This document shows, piece after piece, positions 51,150 to 64,000 of a DNA stretch of 64,000 nt. This DNA comes from Chiloscyllium plagiosum. Taxonomy: Eukaryota. The position numbers and the translations under genes were made by a program. The first letter of the stretch is position 1; the number at the start of each line of letters is the position of its first letter. The notes below the pieces were generated by a model. It had not been told where the DNA came from and made no database searches. It saw only the letters and a list, made by a program, of their open reading frames with translations. The stretch is from the NCBI RefSeq assembly GCF_004010195.1, contig NC_057719.1, forward strand, positions 70,215,728-70,279,727, read 5' to 3'.

Positions 51150-51610
51150 TTTTAAAAACCAGATGAGGAGGATGCCATTTAGCCTTCAGGCTTCTTTGCT
51201 ATTGAATAATGTCAGCTCTGATTTAATTGTAGCGTTAAATCCATTTTCCTGACACTCTTCCATAACCAATGACTCTCTTGTCAACCAAAATTCTATCTAA
51301 CTCAGCCTTATATATATTCAGTGGTCTAGTGTCTACTTGCTCATTGTGGAAGAGAATTCCAAAGATTATCAATCCTCTGATAGAGAAAATAAAAGCCTCC
51401 TCATCTCCATCCTAAATAGAAGAGCCATTGTTTTGAAGCTATGCCCCCTTGTTCTAGATTTCCCAGGGAATCATCCTCTTAACATTTATCCAGCCAATTC
51501 CCTTCAGAATCATAGAAGTCTCAACAAGAACATCTTTCATTATTTTGCCCTCCAATGTGTGTAGGTCCAACCTGCTCAACCTTTCTTTATTAGATAACAC
51601 ACGAATCACC
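51150..51610 (-). mobile_element. Old CR1 3' fragment
   Basis: LSNKERLSRLDLHTLE...DVLVETSMILKG (51454-51657). Confidence 0.75.
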
Positions 51611-52254
51611 AGCTGCTGAAGTGCTTCCAAATACAGCTGATCAGTTGACTTCACCACCTCAAGCAGAACGTGCAGCTCATGAAAAGTGTGAGCATTGTTG
51701 CTAAGCAGCTAGGTGAACAGCAAATTATGCTGGGCTTTGGAGACATGGGTGCTGATCACATAAATACTTACATAAGGCAGAGTCATGAAGTGTAATCAGA
51801 GTTTGCATTGCATGTCTCTGCTTCAGTTTTCAGACTCAACAATAACTACCAGCATTTCGTAAAGCAACTACTTGAAGCTGTGAGGAAGGGTTCAGATAAA
51901 AACAAAACTTGTCTTAATTTAGAGCCCGGAGTGTTCAAAATACTCTTCCTTAATGTCTCCACATTAAGACAACAGCTTTTGTAGTCTATAGTTACAGCTT
52001 TAGTATTAACCAGCTTTGAAGAACCACATTGGATTCAAAGCTTTAACTCTGTTTCTTTGTCCACAGATGCTGTCAGATTTGTTGAGTTTCTCCTCTGTAC
52101 AGTATTTTGCTTTTATTAAGACTACAGGAGCTGCTAGCTTGATTCACCCCAAATGCAACTGAATTAAACTAATCACAGAAATATAATGGCTACAAAAATA
52201 GGCCAGGGTCTACCTATCCTGAAGCGAGTAATCAGCTTCTGAATCCTGAAAGCC

Positions 52255-52750
52255 TATCCATTATCAAGGCACCAATCAGGAATATAATGGAAAAGTCCCC
52301 ACTTGCCTGGATGAGTGCAACACACAGGATTGACGCCTTCCATTGACACAAACATTCACACCCTTCACCACTGATGCTCAGTAGCAGCAGAGTTTACTAT
52401 CCAAAAGAAGCACTTCAGAAATTCTCCATTGCTCCTTAGACAGCAGTTTCCAAACCTAAAACTACTACCATCTTGTCGGACAAAGACAGCAAATATATAG
52501 GATCACCACCACTTGCAAGTTCCCCGTAAAGCCACGCACACTCCAAACTTGGAAATGTATTGTCTTTCCTTCAGGGTCGTTGTTACATAACCCTCAAACT
52601 TCCTCCGTTGCAACTTAATGGGTTTATCTATTGAAAGTGAATGCAATGGTTTAAGAGAGAGCTCACCACCAACTTCTCATGGGTAATTAAGAATGGGCAA
52701 TAAATTCTGTCCTAGCCAGTGATGCCCACTCCCCATGATTCAGTTAAAAA
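52255..52750 (+). mobile_element. Old CR1/L2-group LINE 3' fragment
   Basis: KAPIRNIMEKSPLAWMSA remnant; ends with the AATTAAGAATGGGCAATAAAT tail also seen at ~27300. Confidence 0.6.
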
Positions 52751-52845
52751 TAAGTCCAGGGGATTAGCTGGACTTAAAAATAATATTAGGATTTAGGTTT
52801 CTGACAGTGATACATAAAACCATGTTAACAGCATAGAAGTAGATA

Positions 52846-53166
52846 GCATGGTGGCTCAGTGGTTAGCACTGCTGCCTCACAGTGCCAGGGACCTGGGTTT
52901 GATTCCTGCCTTGGGAGACTGTGCAAACTCCAGACATTCTTCCCGTGTCTGCGTGGGTTTCTTCTGGGTGCCCTGCTTTCCTCCCACAATCCAAAGATGT
53001 GCAGTTCAGATGAACTGGTCATGCTAAATTGCCCGTAGTGTTAAGTGCATTAGTCAGGGTAAATATAGGGTAGGGGAATGGGTCTGAGTGGGTTACTCTT
53101 CAGAGGGTCAGTGTGGACTTGTTGGACCAAAGAGCCTGTTTCCACATTAGAGGGAATCTAATCTAA
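52846..53166 (+). mobile_element. HE1-type SINE, full length
   Basis: A box TGGCTCAGTGG, B box GGTTTGATTCC, V domain TTTCCTCCCACAATCCAAAGATGTGCAG, tail GGGAATCTAATCTAA. Confidence 0.92.
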
Positions 53167-54821
53167 CCTTAAAAAAAGTGCAACAACTCTTAATTCTGCT
53201 TGAGGATCATATATAGTATGGCACATTGGAGCTGTTATATAATAATAAATGATTTAAAAACTACAATTTATAAAAACCATAAGTAAATTGTAAAATACAT
53301 ACAATCCAATTTAAAGAAACATCTACATTTATGTATTTATTTACATGTGCTATATTATCTGTTCATCAATATTTCTCATAGTGCTTTCAATGATGGATCA
53401 CCTTTTGGAATTTCAGTAACTATAATCTGAGCCAATGCTTGTAAAAATAAACATATTTTCTTTTGTAATGCTTACTTTCTGAAGTAAAAAACAATGTATT
53501 GAAATGAGATTACCACTACGAACAATTATGTATTACTGCAGCACTACTTTTGTAAGTTGATGGATTTATTCAGTTTAGCTGAGTAAAGTTCAAGAATGGG
53601 AGAGTAGAATGATAAATGCAAGAAGGAGTCACATTTAGGTGTCTCTAACCCTGATTGTTAGCGCAAAGTCTATCTTCCAAAGTATGCAAAGCATGGGTCA
53701 TAATAAAGAAGAAACTGGTTAATGTAACTGTTTAGCATTCAATTTCCATGCAGAAGCCTGCACTAGAGATAGGAAATAGGGCAATCTTCACTTCCAGCTT
53801 GGAATGTTAAGGAATCCTGGGGTCAGTGAAAATGACCTGTGTCAGTCATTAATAGCCTCACTGCACAACACGTACATTAAGAGTTGGAAAGAGTAAAGTA
53901 TGATCTCAGTTATAAGTATGCAGAGTGTCACGTCAATGTTATTCTTCAGCTGAATGACAAAATTGTTGATATGCTTCACACTGATCTCTTTAAACATGTG
54001 CAGTAGTGGTGTGCCATGAATATATTATGTGGAAGGAGACCTCAATTTTACAAAACTGAGAATTGGATTCAGCCAGCATAATATGGAACTAATAACTATT
54101 AGGTGAATTTGAAGTATAATACAGACCTGCAAAGGTTGTGATGAGAAATTCAGGCCATAGATGGAACTCCAAATAGAATATTGAACGGGATCTTGAGTGT
54201 GTTAACAATGAATACAGTTATTAATGTGCCAATCAACCAGCAATTTCCTTGGGATTAAGAGATACTACATGAGGTGTGAATTACCAGAACCAGCGGATAG
54301 ATTTATCCTGCTCCACTGCTCCTAAAGCTTGCTTTCTAAGCAACAGATTCTTAATGTAAGGATGCACTATTACATAGAAAGAGCCCATGTGCATGCAAGG
54401 ATGCAAACAATTTGGGATCAATGTAATTGTGTGTCCGTGTATTGGGATGTATTGTACAGAAAGAAAGGCCTAGTTATCCCCTTTTTGCAAGGAATGAACT
54501 TTATGCTTTGTTGCCAATTAATTCCAAGGTATTCATCCCAAATTTCTAAAAGCTGTTCTACTCAGAGATGCATCTGAATAAAAATCATGAGTTTGGTGCT
54601 ATCCATATGGAGCTGGTGAATAATGTTTTATTGATGGGATCCATGTTCTGAGTGTTCCAGACGGAGTAACTTCACTGATAATTGTGGTCTTAAGCTGATT
54701 CTCTAGGTTATTACAAAAAATCTTGTGGATGCTTTGGAGTCTTTTGGAATAATCAAAAAAGGAACAGTTTGGATTTTATCATCTTTCTCAATGTATGGAG
54801 CAGGTTACAGTTTAAATTAGG

Positions 54822-55070
54822 TACTAAAGGAATAAGGAGGAGAAAGTGAGGACTGCAGATGCTGGAGATCAGAGATGAAAATGTGTTGCTGGAAAAGCGC
54901 AGCAGGTCGGGCAGCATCCAAGGAGCAGGAGAATCGATGTTTCGGGCATGAGCCCAAAGAAGGGCTCCTGAAGAAGGGCTCATGTCCGAAACGTTGATTC
55001 TCCTGCTCCTTGGATGCTGCCTGACCTGCTGCGCTTTTCCACAACACATTTTCAGCTACTAATGGAATAA
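54822..55070 (-). mobile_element. PLE-type hairpin mini-element with TSD (third example)
   Basis: TACTAA(A/T)GGAATAA at 54822-54835 and 55057-55070; arms 54876-54955 / 54976-55054; 40-nt tail 54836-54875. Confidence 0.9.
54966..54997 (+). ncRNA. Minimal hammerhead ribozyme motif
   Basis: CUGAAGA-A-GGGC-UCAU-GUCC-GAAAC-GUU; core intact, stem II has one G-U pair. Confidence 0.7.
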
Positions 55071-56449
55071 CACTCAGAAAAATTACATTAACATTGTTTT
55101 CAACATAAAATGTTTAAAACCATTGGGAAGATATCTTGAAAGATATATAACATAAAGAATGCTTTCCGACTGCATATTTTGGGTATTTTTGAAAAGAAAA
55201 ATGTATAGTTCCCTTTTGCAGCTTGTAATGTTAGGATGGGAAACCCTCCTGAGAGTTAGTGTTGCTGAGACCTTCATTACTTTTATTTTTTTTCATTTTT
55301 AGTTGGAAGTGTGAGCTGAGAGTGACCTTTGGACTGTGTGCAGCAGTTTTTAGAAAAAGAAAAAGCAAACTGATACTTGTTTATAGAATCTGGTCTGGCA
55401 AGTTAACTACAGGATGACTGTTGTTCAAAGAACATTGTAGACATTTCAGCTTTGGAGATGTGTTATGGTCAAAGACTGGCAAACATTTGGATGTTAACAG
55501 GCCCTTAACCAAAGGGTAAAGTCAACCATTCTAAAAAAGAGAATGCTGCAAAAAAGCATAATGGGAAACCAAAGTTTGAACTGGTTTTAACTGTGTACTT
55601 AGACAGGCTGTGGCTGTGAACGCTGCTGGATTGTGATTGGCTCTTTAGTTATACTCCTGTTATCAACTTATTGAAAGTTTGGAAAATAGAATCCCAGTGA
55701 TAAGAAATAAGTGAACATTCCTTGAAGCCTACTAAAGCTATCTGCATGACGAGTGTCTTCACAAGTCGAGTGTGCCTTTGATACTACACATTGTTGAAAC
55801 TGCTTAAGTGAACTAGCCAGTTATATCTTTATTTTTAATTTTTCTTTTAATCCATCCCTTAACTGCCTGTCTATGTATGAATGGGGCTATTTTCAAAGAA
55901 GGTTGTGTTTAACTCATAGGTTTAATTACATTACATGGTTGTTTAGTTTTGTTCTATGACAACTATTAATAATAAATTGTTAGTAGTTGTACTATAAACC
56001 TGCTGTCTGACATCTCCTATTCTTAAAGTCTGGTTAGGACTGGGCTAATTTTAAGGGTCATTGAATGTTTTAATTTTTATTGAGTTGCAATAACATTGAT
56101 AGGGAAGCTAATTTGATCTGAATTGCTGACCCTTTTTTGTAACTGTGTACACTATGCACTCATTCTAAACTATGGGATAGAATATTGGCATTTTCGTAGT
56201 TGAAGAAAAAATCTTAGAGATATAAAGTGGAAGATAATCACTCAAAACTACTGTTTGCCTTTAAGAAAACAAGAGGAAGAAGAATCTGTACAATTGGGAT
56301 TATTAAATAAGTGAAGGTACAATTGTCTGACATGAGGAAATACTAATCAGAAAAAAATAAAAAATATATATCTGATTTCAATAGCTTAGAACTGAATCTT
56401 GGATAATTTGACAGAAATATTTACAATTATGAAGGGACGGAATGGAATA

Positions 56450-57105
56450 GATTAGACCGTAAGACCATAAGATATATGAGCAAAATAAGACCATTTGTCT
56501 GCTCCACCATTTGATAATGGCTAATTTGTTTCTCAACACCATTCTCCTCTCTTCATCCAATAACCTTTGATCCCTGTCCTAATCATGAAAATATCTGTCT
56601 TAAATAGACTCAATGACTCGACCTCCTCAGCCTTCTGCGGCAATGAGTTCCACAGATTCACTCCCTCATTTGAAGAAATTTCTGCTCCTCTTCATTCTAA
56701 AGAGTCATTGCTTCAATCTGAGACTATGCCCTCAGGTCCTAGTCTGTCTCACTTCTGGAAACATCTTCTCCACATCCATTCTACCCAGGTCTCAGAATAC
56801 TGAGAGACTATTTCTATTCATTAAAAGGTCTAGGATAAAGGGATGTAGACACCAGTTTACATATAAAAGAATAAGGAGAGGCAGTTGGACAAATGCTTTT
56901 TTCACAAGGAAGTTTAGGAGACTGATGAATTGCTCTCTCTTTCTCTGGATATTGAAGAATAGGACAGGTAGGCAACTAACACAAAGGGGGAATAAAGGAA
57001 TATAAGATTAATATGAATGTTCATCTGGACAATCAATACCAAAATAGATTAGATGAGCCAAATGACCTATGACTATTCTGTAGTTCCTTTATAATTCTAT
57101 GTAAT
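56450..57105. mobile_element. Two old CR1 3' fragments in opposite orientation
   Basis: 56450-56800 resembles 11760-12070 (minus strand); 56800-57105 gives FFTRKFRRLMN and a CR1-like 3' UTR on the plus strand. Confidence 0.65.
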
Positions 57106-57959
57106 AGATTACCAGGTCCTAATCTTGACAAGCTGGATCAAACGCAATATGTTAGGACAGTGCCCAGATGCAAACCTGACAACTATCAAGAAATGGCTCA
57201 GTAGCACTGGATAAAACAGCTGGAGAACAGATGGCTCTTCTATTCATAGACGGAGTGAAATGATAAGATAGAATACAGCATGTGTGCTGCATATTTGAGG
57301 AATTATGAAGAGAACAATTTCAGCTTTGATGGTGAGTGGCAGGAAAGAAAATTATTGATGGTGTTGTAGATCCATAACATCATTGGACCAAGCTGAGATT
57401 ATGACAGATGTTCAAAGATTACTGTAGATATTATAGCTATATTTTATGATCTTCCATTGTTGGACTTTTCATCGCGGTGCTTACTGCTTATACCTCCACA
57501 CATACAAAAAATATACTTTTAATTTGTTTTGCAATGTTAACCCTAAAATGATTGAAAGTGACTAAAAATACATTTGACATAAAAACTGAATTAGGATTGA
57601 TTAGGTTGTAGATTATTGAAAAGAAAGGGGGAGCCAAATGTATTTGCAAAGAAATATTTCAAGTAGATGTTATGCAGATTTAATTACACAGGGATAGAAC
57701 GTGGCATGGGTCATAGGTCTGCACAAGTTTCCACATTGGTATTAAAGAAATACACTGCACAGCCATTCAAGTAATGGCCCACAAAACTGCCTGATCCATA
57801 TAGTGCTATATAAAGTGGTTCTACATGACAAAAATGACAGCAGAAAGACTTTGAATTATACAGCAACTTTAATGACCTCAAAGTGTTTTATTACAAATGG
57901 AGTAGGAAATATAGCAGCAAGTTGTCTGGAGCAAACTGCCACAAACTGGAATGTTATAA

Positions 57960-58774
57960 CGGCTTTCCGCAAAGACCATTCCCTGCGTGATTACCTGGTC
58001 AGGTCCCTCCGTGACTATCTAGTCAGGTCCATGCCCCCCCAACCCATCCTTCCCTCCTGGCACCTTTCCCTGCCACTGCAGGTATTGCAAAACTTGTGCC
58101 CAACCCTCCCCCCTCACCTCCATCCAAGGACCCAAAGGAGACTTCTACATCCATCAACATTTCACCTGCACATCCACCAATGTCATTTATTGTATCTGTT
58201 GCTCCCGATGCGGTCTCCTCTACAATGGGGACTCTGGACGCCTTCTTGCAAAGCGCTTTAGGGAACATCTCCAGGACACCCACAACAATCAACCCCACTG
58301 CCCCGTGGCCCAACATTTCAACTCCCCCTCTCACTCTGCCGAGGGCATGCAGGTCCTGGGCCTCCTACACCACCACCTGATGCCTGGAGGAAGAATGCCT
58401 CAACTTCCACCTCGGAATACTTCAATCCCAGGGCATCAATGTGGACTTTACCAGTTTCCTCATTTCCTCTCCTCCCACCTCACCCCAGTTCCAACCTTCC
58501 AGCTCAGCACCGTCCCCATGACTTGTCCTACCTGCCTATCTTCCTTTCTACCTATCCATTCCACCCTCCTCTCTGACCTATCACCTTCATCTACCAATTG
58601 TACTCTTGNNNNNNNNNNNNNNNNNNNNNNNNNNNNNNNNNNNNNNNNNNNNNNNNNNCCCTCGAGGCTCCCTGCCTTCATGCCTGATGAAGGGCGTTTG
58701 CCTGAAATATCGATTTCCCTGCTCCTTGGATGCTGCCTCTCCTGCTGTGCTTTTCTAGCACACTCTAATCTAGA
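57960..58774 (+). mobile_element. PLE 3' portion (GIY-YIG + terminal repeat with HHR at 58682-58713), tail absent
   Basis: Highly similar to 38645-39450; NVIYCICCSRCGLLYNG; 24-bp tandem duplication at its 5' end; CTGATGA-A-GGGC-GTTT-GCCT-GAAAT-ATC. Confidence 0.92.
58609..58658. other. Assembly gap (50 N)
   Basis: Run of N inside the PLE copy. Confidence 1.
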
Positions 58775-58914
58775 CAATGACTAGTTTTTGTTTTCACTGA
58801 TTTGCATTGAGAGATACCTATATGCAAAGTTATTAGAGAAAGCCTCCCTGACATTCTTTGAATAGTCTCGTGGAAATTTTATATCTGCATTATACGTCAA
58901 ATGTCAATTTCACA

Positions 58915-59065
58915 TTGCATTTGAGACTGCATTTCTGAAGAGGGCTGAATTCCCTCAATACAGCAGTGAATGTTAGTTTAGATTTTGTGTTTATGCCCTT
59001 GGAATAGAACTTGAACCCACAACCTTCAGAGTGTGAATGCTACCTTTTCAGCTTCAGCTAACATT
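58915..59065 (-). mobile_element. Probable ancient SINE (SacSINE1/DeuSINE-like) 5' remnant
   Basis: Minus strand GAAGGTTGTGGGTTCAAGTTCTATTCC...CACAAAATCTAAACTAACATTCACTGCTGTATTGAGGGAAT has a B-box-like GGTTCAAGT; family assigned from memory. Confidence 0.4.
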
Positions 59066-62024
59066 TTAAGTCAATATAATAAGAACAGCAAATGCTATAT
59101 TCTCAACAGTCAGGCAGTCTCCATGGAAAGGGGAATAAAAAGAACATTTCAGTTCAATGAAAATTTATAGTTTTATGCAAATAAAGAGGCAAGGCCATGA
59201 GAAGAGGAAGGGTTGAAGATAGGAGAGATAACTGGCAAAATGACCCTGATCATTGTTGCAGGTAGAATGACCAGTTTCCAATGACCTCCAGTGTTAGGAA
59301 TGATTTCAATCAGCCCAGAGATTTTCCCCATTGACTTCATGGCTTGTTAATGTTTCTTGGCGCCATACTTGATGGAATGTTGCCTTGATGTCCAGGGCAG
59401 TCATTCTCACTTCGTCTCTGGAGTTCAGCTTTTAGGACTACATTTGAACTGAGGCTGTAATGAGTTTAAGAGCTGAGTGGGCCTGGCGGAACATAAACTG
59501 AGTGTCAGCAAGCAGATAATTGCAAACCAAGTGGGGCTTAATAGCACTGTTGATGACCCCATTCCATCACTTTGTTGATGATTGAGACAGGTTACTAACT
59601 GACTGAGTTCAATCTGTCTTGCTCTTTGTGCACAGGACATAATAATTTAATTAAAGTTTTCTTACAGATTGCTAGCAGATAAAATTGTGAAGCAAAACAA
59701 GTAAATTGAACTAAGACCAATGTGTCACAGAACATGACTCATGTATTAATATACTTGGATAACTGTATTGTATACTGCTGTAAGGAACTTTAATAAATTA
59801 AAACTGTGGTTATAATGCATTTAACAGTAAGGTGAAATGAGAAAAAATAGAGTTAATTTTCATTACATAAATGGGCAACCCATGGAGGATTGATCATTTT
59901 ATCCCATTGGTTGGAAAGTTTGAATCTATTAACAAAGTAACAATGCTACAAACACTACCATAAATGAACTAGCTGTGTTGAATCTTCTGTGCTATTAAAC
60001 TATCAAAAATCAGATTGGGGGATGAAAACTCACCTATCATATCAACTGACATAATGTAAAGTGTCATCATGACTTGCCTCTTTCTAAAATAGTTTCTCAC
60101 TTCTTCTCCTCTGTGCCAATATCAACCAATCTCAAGTCAGGCATAGTGTTCCGTAACCTCAATTTCAAAAGTGTGCTTCTTATTGTACAATTCAGACAGA
60201 TCAATTTCAATCCATTGGCACTTTCTGATTTAAACTGCCAATTTAGTATTGGTTTCGTGCCAAATTACAAAAAGCAGTTTTGTGCTGTCAATTTGTATCT
60301 ACTAGAAAATGGGTTAAGACCCTCAATTTATTTTACATGAAAGTGCCTGTGGTGAGAGACAGGAATATCACTACATTTGTCTCGACAAATTGTAAATCTA
60401 GTCCTCAAGTGAATATGCAATATCTACTCTTGCTGGATTGTGCAGTTCCTTTTCACCAATATACTCCTTAAAAGTCAGTTATAAATGTCAAGTTGCATGG
60501 CAGACAGCAATAGCGAGGGGCATTACACATTACCAATGGCAGCGAACAAATTCTTGTTAGAGTGAATGTTGCTAATTTTTAGAAGAAAAGAGTCACCATT
60601 AGGAGCAGCAATTGTTACTTATTCCCAATTGTCCTTGAGGAGATGTTCATGTGCTGCTTCATTGCATTGCAGCACTCCATGTGGTGAAGATACATCCATA
60701 GCATTTTAGGAAGGAAATGCCAGAGTTTTGGCCAAGTGCTGATGAAGGAGCAGCAAGCTATATTCAACTTGGAATGTTGCAAGATTGGAAGGAGACCTTG
60801 GAGATGATGGTGTTTCCATGCTCTTGCTGCTCTTGACTTTAGGTCGTGGAGGTTGTAGATTTGGAAGATGTTGAAGAGGCTTTAGTGAGTTGTTGCAATG
60901 CATTTTGTAGACATGAAATGTTACAAATATGGTGTAATTGTGGAAGGGTAAATGCCTTTAAAATTAAAAAAAAAACAGGGAATGGAGATTTGTGCTAACA
61001 GAAAAGTTTCCTTATCAATGTGCAAAGCAAGAAAATTACTCCATTGTTTTCCAAGAGTTCTGATGCCTTGAATAATATGTCATTTCTTAATTTTCCTGAA
61101 ATTATGAATAGTTTGTTAATTAAAACTGTTTAAGAGGGGAAGCTACTCATGTCACTTATTGGGGGATGAGTTAATAGCAATGGTACATTTGAAAATCTAA
61201 AATATGCCTTTACCCACCCTCATGCCATGAACTCAGTGTTCAAAATATTTGCTGACCCCACTAAATGCCACTGATGTGCCACTATTTCCTGCTCATGTGG
61301 TTGGGAGTCTCAGAGATTTACATGTTCAGAAGTTTGTAAAGCAATGTACTCAGATGCATTTTCAGACATAGTTATTAGAAGCTGTAATCTGTGTTAATTT
61401 GCTTAAAATAATCTTACACACTCAGAACGTATTGTGTGTTTACATAATCTCATTACCTTTCTTGTCACATTTTCCATAACATGCCGATAATTCTTCTTCC
61501 CTGTACTACCTCCCACAGTCATAATACTTCTCTCACATACTCTCTCCTCAATTTGCATGTTCTTTTCATTTATCACAATTCTCACAAACACCGGTCACAC
61601 ATACACAACGCTATGCAGAAGCAGGGAGAAAGCAAAATAGACATGTTTTAAAAAGGAAAGTATCGCAAGGGTGAGAAAGAGAGCCCTATTTTCATGGATA
61701 ATATATATGTGAACAATGTGTTGAAATGGTTCTGGGTTTGTTATGGTTATTGCTATTTGTTATTGTTACAATCCCCTAACATACTGTCAGAGATAATTAT
61801 GCCATGGCTATTCTGCAAAGGGACGCTAATCTTGGATGTAGCTCTGTTGTACGAAGGCCAATGGTTGGTGAAAGAGGCTAGTGATGTTCTGTGATGATAA
61901 CATAGCGGTCTGAGCATGGATGAAGGTTCTGGAGGTTGTCAATATCTTGGAATCCTTCAATTTCCATCAGTTGATTATTCTAACTGTTCAATTCCTCAAG
62001 CCTGTCTCTCCATTCCATAAGATC

Positions 62025-62312
62025 AGGGCACAGGTTTAGGGTGAGAGGGGAAAGATTTAAAAGGGAACTAAGGGGCAACTTTTTCGCGCAGAACGTGATG
62101 CATTTATGGAGTGAGCTGCCAGAGGAAGTGGTGGTAGCTGGTACAATTACAACATTTAAAAGACATTTGGATGGGTACATGAATAGGAAGGGTTTAGAGG
62201 GCTATGGGGTAAATGCTGACAAATGGGACTAGATTAATTTAGGATATCTGGTTGACATAGACGAGTTGGACCGAAGGTTCTGTTTCCATGCTGTACATTC
62301 CTATGACTCTAT
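62025..62312 (+). mobile_element. CR1 3' end fragment
   Basis: RGERFKRELRGNFF..WSELPEEVV.AGTI and CTATGACTCTATG tail. Confidence 0.92.
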
Positions 62313-62797
62313 GCTTGATCTTCCACAGGGCTCAATTCCTCTTTCATGTCAGCTCCTCATAGCCCTCAACTCCTTGATATTTCAGAAATCCATTTATCCA
62401 TTTCATTTTGTGTATTTTCACTGTTCTGTCCTCCATAAATCCAGACACAAAGTTTTCAAAATAATATTGTTGAGGAAGAAAATTTAGTGGTAACTGAGAA
62501 AAAGCATTGTGTGGTCCATCATATGTAGGTCACATGATGATACTGCGTATTGATGACAGGGCTATTTAGCAGGACATGAAGACAAAAAAATGCTGTTGTA
62601 TGCATATCATACCAAGAGGGGGCAGAATTAAGGATATTAATACAACTCAGCAAGATGGCAGCGATTCTGTAGAACTGCTGTGGACAGCTCTGCCTAACAG
62701 CCAAAGCATATTGGTGTTTTTTGCCATCCCTGGTCAACTTATGTGGTGGAATTATTAGTTTAAAACCTGACAGAACACATATTTGGGAGTGGGAAGG

Positions 62798-63650
62798 ATG
62801 CCAAAGAGAAAAGGATTGAGCAAACAGAAGCAGGGAGGACACTCTTCCACAGCACCAGGCATACCAGAGACAGCAGCAACAGCAGCCTCTTCTGAACCCC
62901 ACCCCAGAGACCTGACAGACTCACAGGAATTGGCTGCAGCGATAGAGAGACTTATCTTGAAAGTTGGGGCTGCGATTGAGGAGATGCGTGGGGAGATTCG
63001 TGCCCAGGTCCAACCTATCACATCCATGCTGCAGAAGCATGAGCAGGAGATCCAGGGCCTTGGGGAGAGGCTGGAGGAGGTGGAGAGTCAAACTAAGGCC
63101 TTGGAAGCTGCGATGGAGTCCTCATCCAGTCAGATCCAGGTGCTGGAGCGAGAGGTGGGGGCCTTGTGAGACCATATTGACGACCTTGAAAACAGAGTTC
63201 AGAGGATAAGTCTCCAAATTGTTGGGCTCCCTGAAGGTGAGGAAGATGAGTAGCCAGTCAGTTTCTTTGAAAGCTGGCTGCCAAAGCTTTTGGGCCTTCA
63301 CATCGAGTCCAGCAGGCTGCAGATTGAAAGGGCTTATCGGGTTACAGCGCATAGGTCAGGCCCAGTGCAGCACCCCCGCTCGGTCCGAGTGCACTTCCAC
63401 TCATATAAGCACAAGCGAAAAGTGATAGAAGCTTCTAGATTACTGGGAAATGATCCACAGGCACTGTTGTACAAAGGGTCAAAAATCATGTTTCTCCAGG
63501 ATTTCTCGGCAGCTTTAATTCGAAAGAGAAGTCCTGTGATGAAGTTAAAGAGGCTGAGGAACCTGGGCATCTCCTTCATGAGATACCCCGCAGTGCTCTG
63601 TTTCAGCCATGAGGACTCAGTTTATACATTTTTTAGCTTTATCCACTGAA
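62798..63650 (+). mobile_element. L1-clade LINE ORF1p remnant
   Basis: One frame from ATG 62798 with two in-frame stops: coiled-coil region, DHIDDLENR...LQIVGLPEG, IERAYR, PRSVRVHFHSY, YKGSKIMFLQDFS (L1 ORF1 RRM/CTD pattern); followed by a T-rich spacer. Confidence 0.9.
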
Positions 63651-64000
63651 TCAACTTTGTGGACACTTTAAAATAGATTGACTGGCCTGAAGAATATGGT
63701 TAATGTTTGCTCTCTTTTCCTTCTTTCCCCATGTTTTCCCTTTTTTATCCTTCCTCTCCTTCTCCCTAATAATTTCTTTTTTGGAAAGGGGGAAAAAACT
63801 TGGAATGAGTTGTTCCTTTTTTTAGTAACTGGATTTTTTAATGCAAAATTTTGTGGATGTTTTTTGTTGTCTCCACCTTTTTTTTGTTTGTTCTGTTTCT
63901 CTTTTAGTCACAAATAGGGGTGACATGTAGCCAGGGATGGGTGGAGTGCTCATCATGACTTTGTCTTATTTCTGTTGATTTAAGAATCATCTCCCTGTTT

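Noticed and set aside
52846..52915. tRNA gene
   Set aside because: A and B boxes belong to a SINE head that continues into the V domain and LINE-like tail.
55225..56142. Possible solo LTR (TGT start, internal AATAAA)
   Set aside because: No clean CA end, TSD or second copy in the window.
61455..61610. Minus-strand segment with a strong acceptor and a plausible donor
   Set aside because: Stops in all three frames after the acceptor; a non-coding exon cannot be supported without RNA data.

Overview
Repeat-dominated vertebrate genomic DNA, almost certainly from an elasmobranch (shark or ray), inferred from HE1-type tRNA-derived SINEs and their partner CR1-type LINEs. I recognise no host protein-coding gene, so the window looks intergenic or deep-intronic, and the long ORFs are transposon-derived or unassignable. 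It holds many CR1 LINE fragments of different ages, including a young, nearly complete EN+RT ORF2 at 32.7-35.8 kb with an internal 298-bp duplication. It also has Penelope-like elements (PLEs; RT + GIY-YIG), a decayed Gypsy LTR element, a decayed RTE LINE, an L1 ORF1, PIF/Harbinger remnants, SINEs and a 50-N gap. The most striking pattern is about nine minimal hammerhead-ribozyme (HHR) motifs in PLE terminal repeats. Three of them sit at the axis of ~200-240-bp non-coding hairpin mini-elements (640-906, 42821-43055, 54822-55070). Each has 72-93-bp inverted arms, an unpaired 38-44-nt tail and a 14-15-bp target-site duplication (TSD). All assignments are by eye and boundaries of old repeats are approximate.
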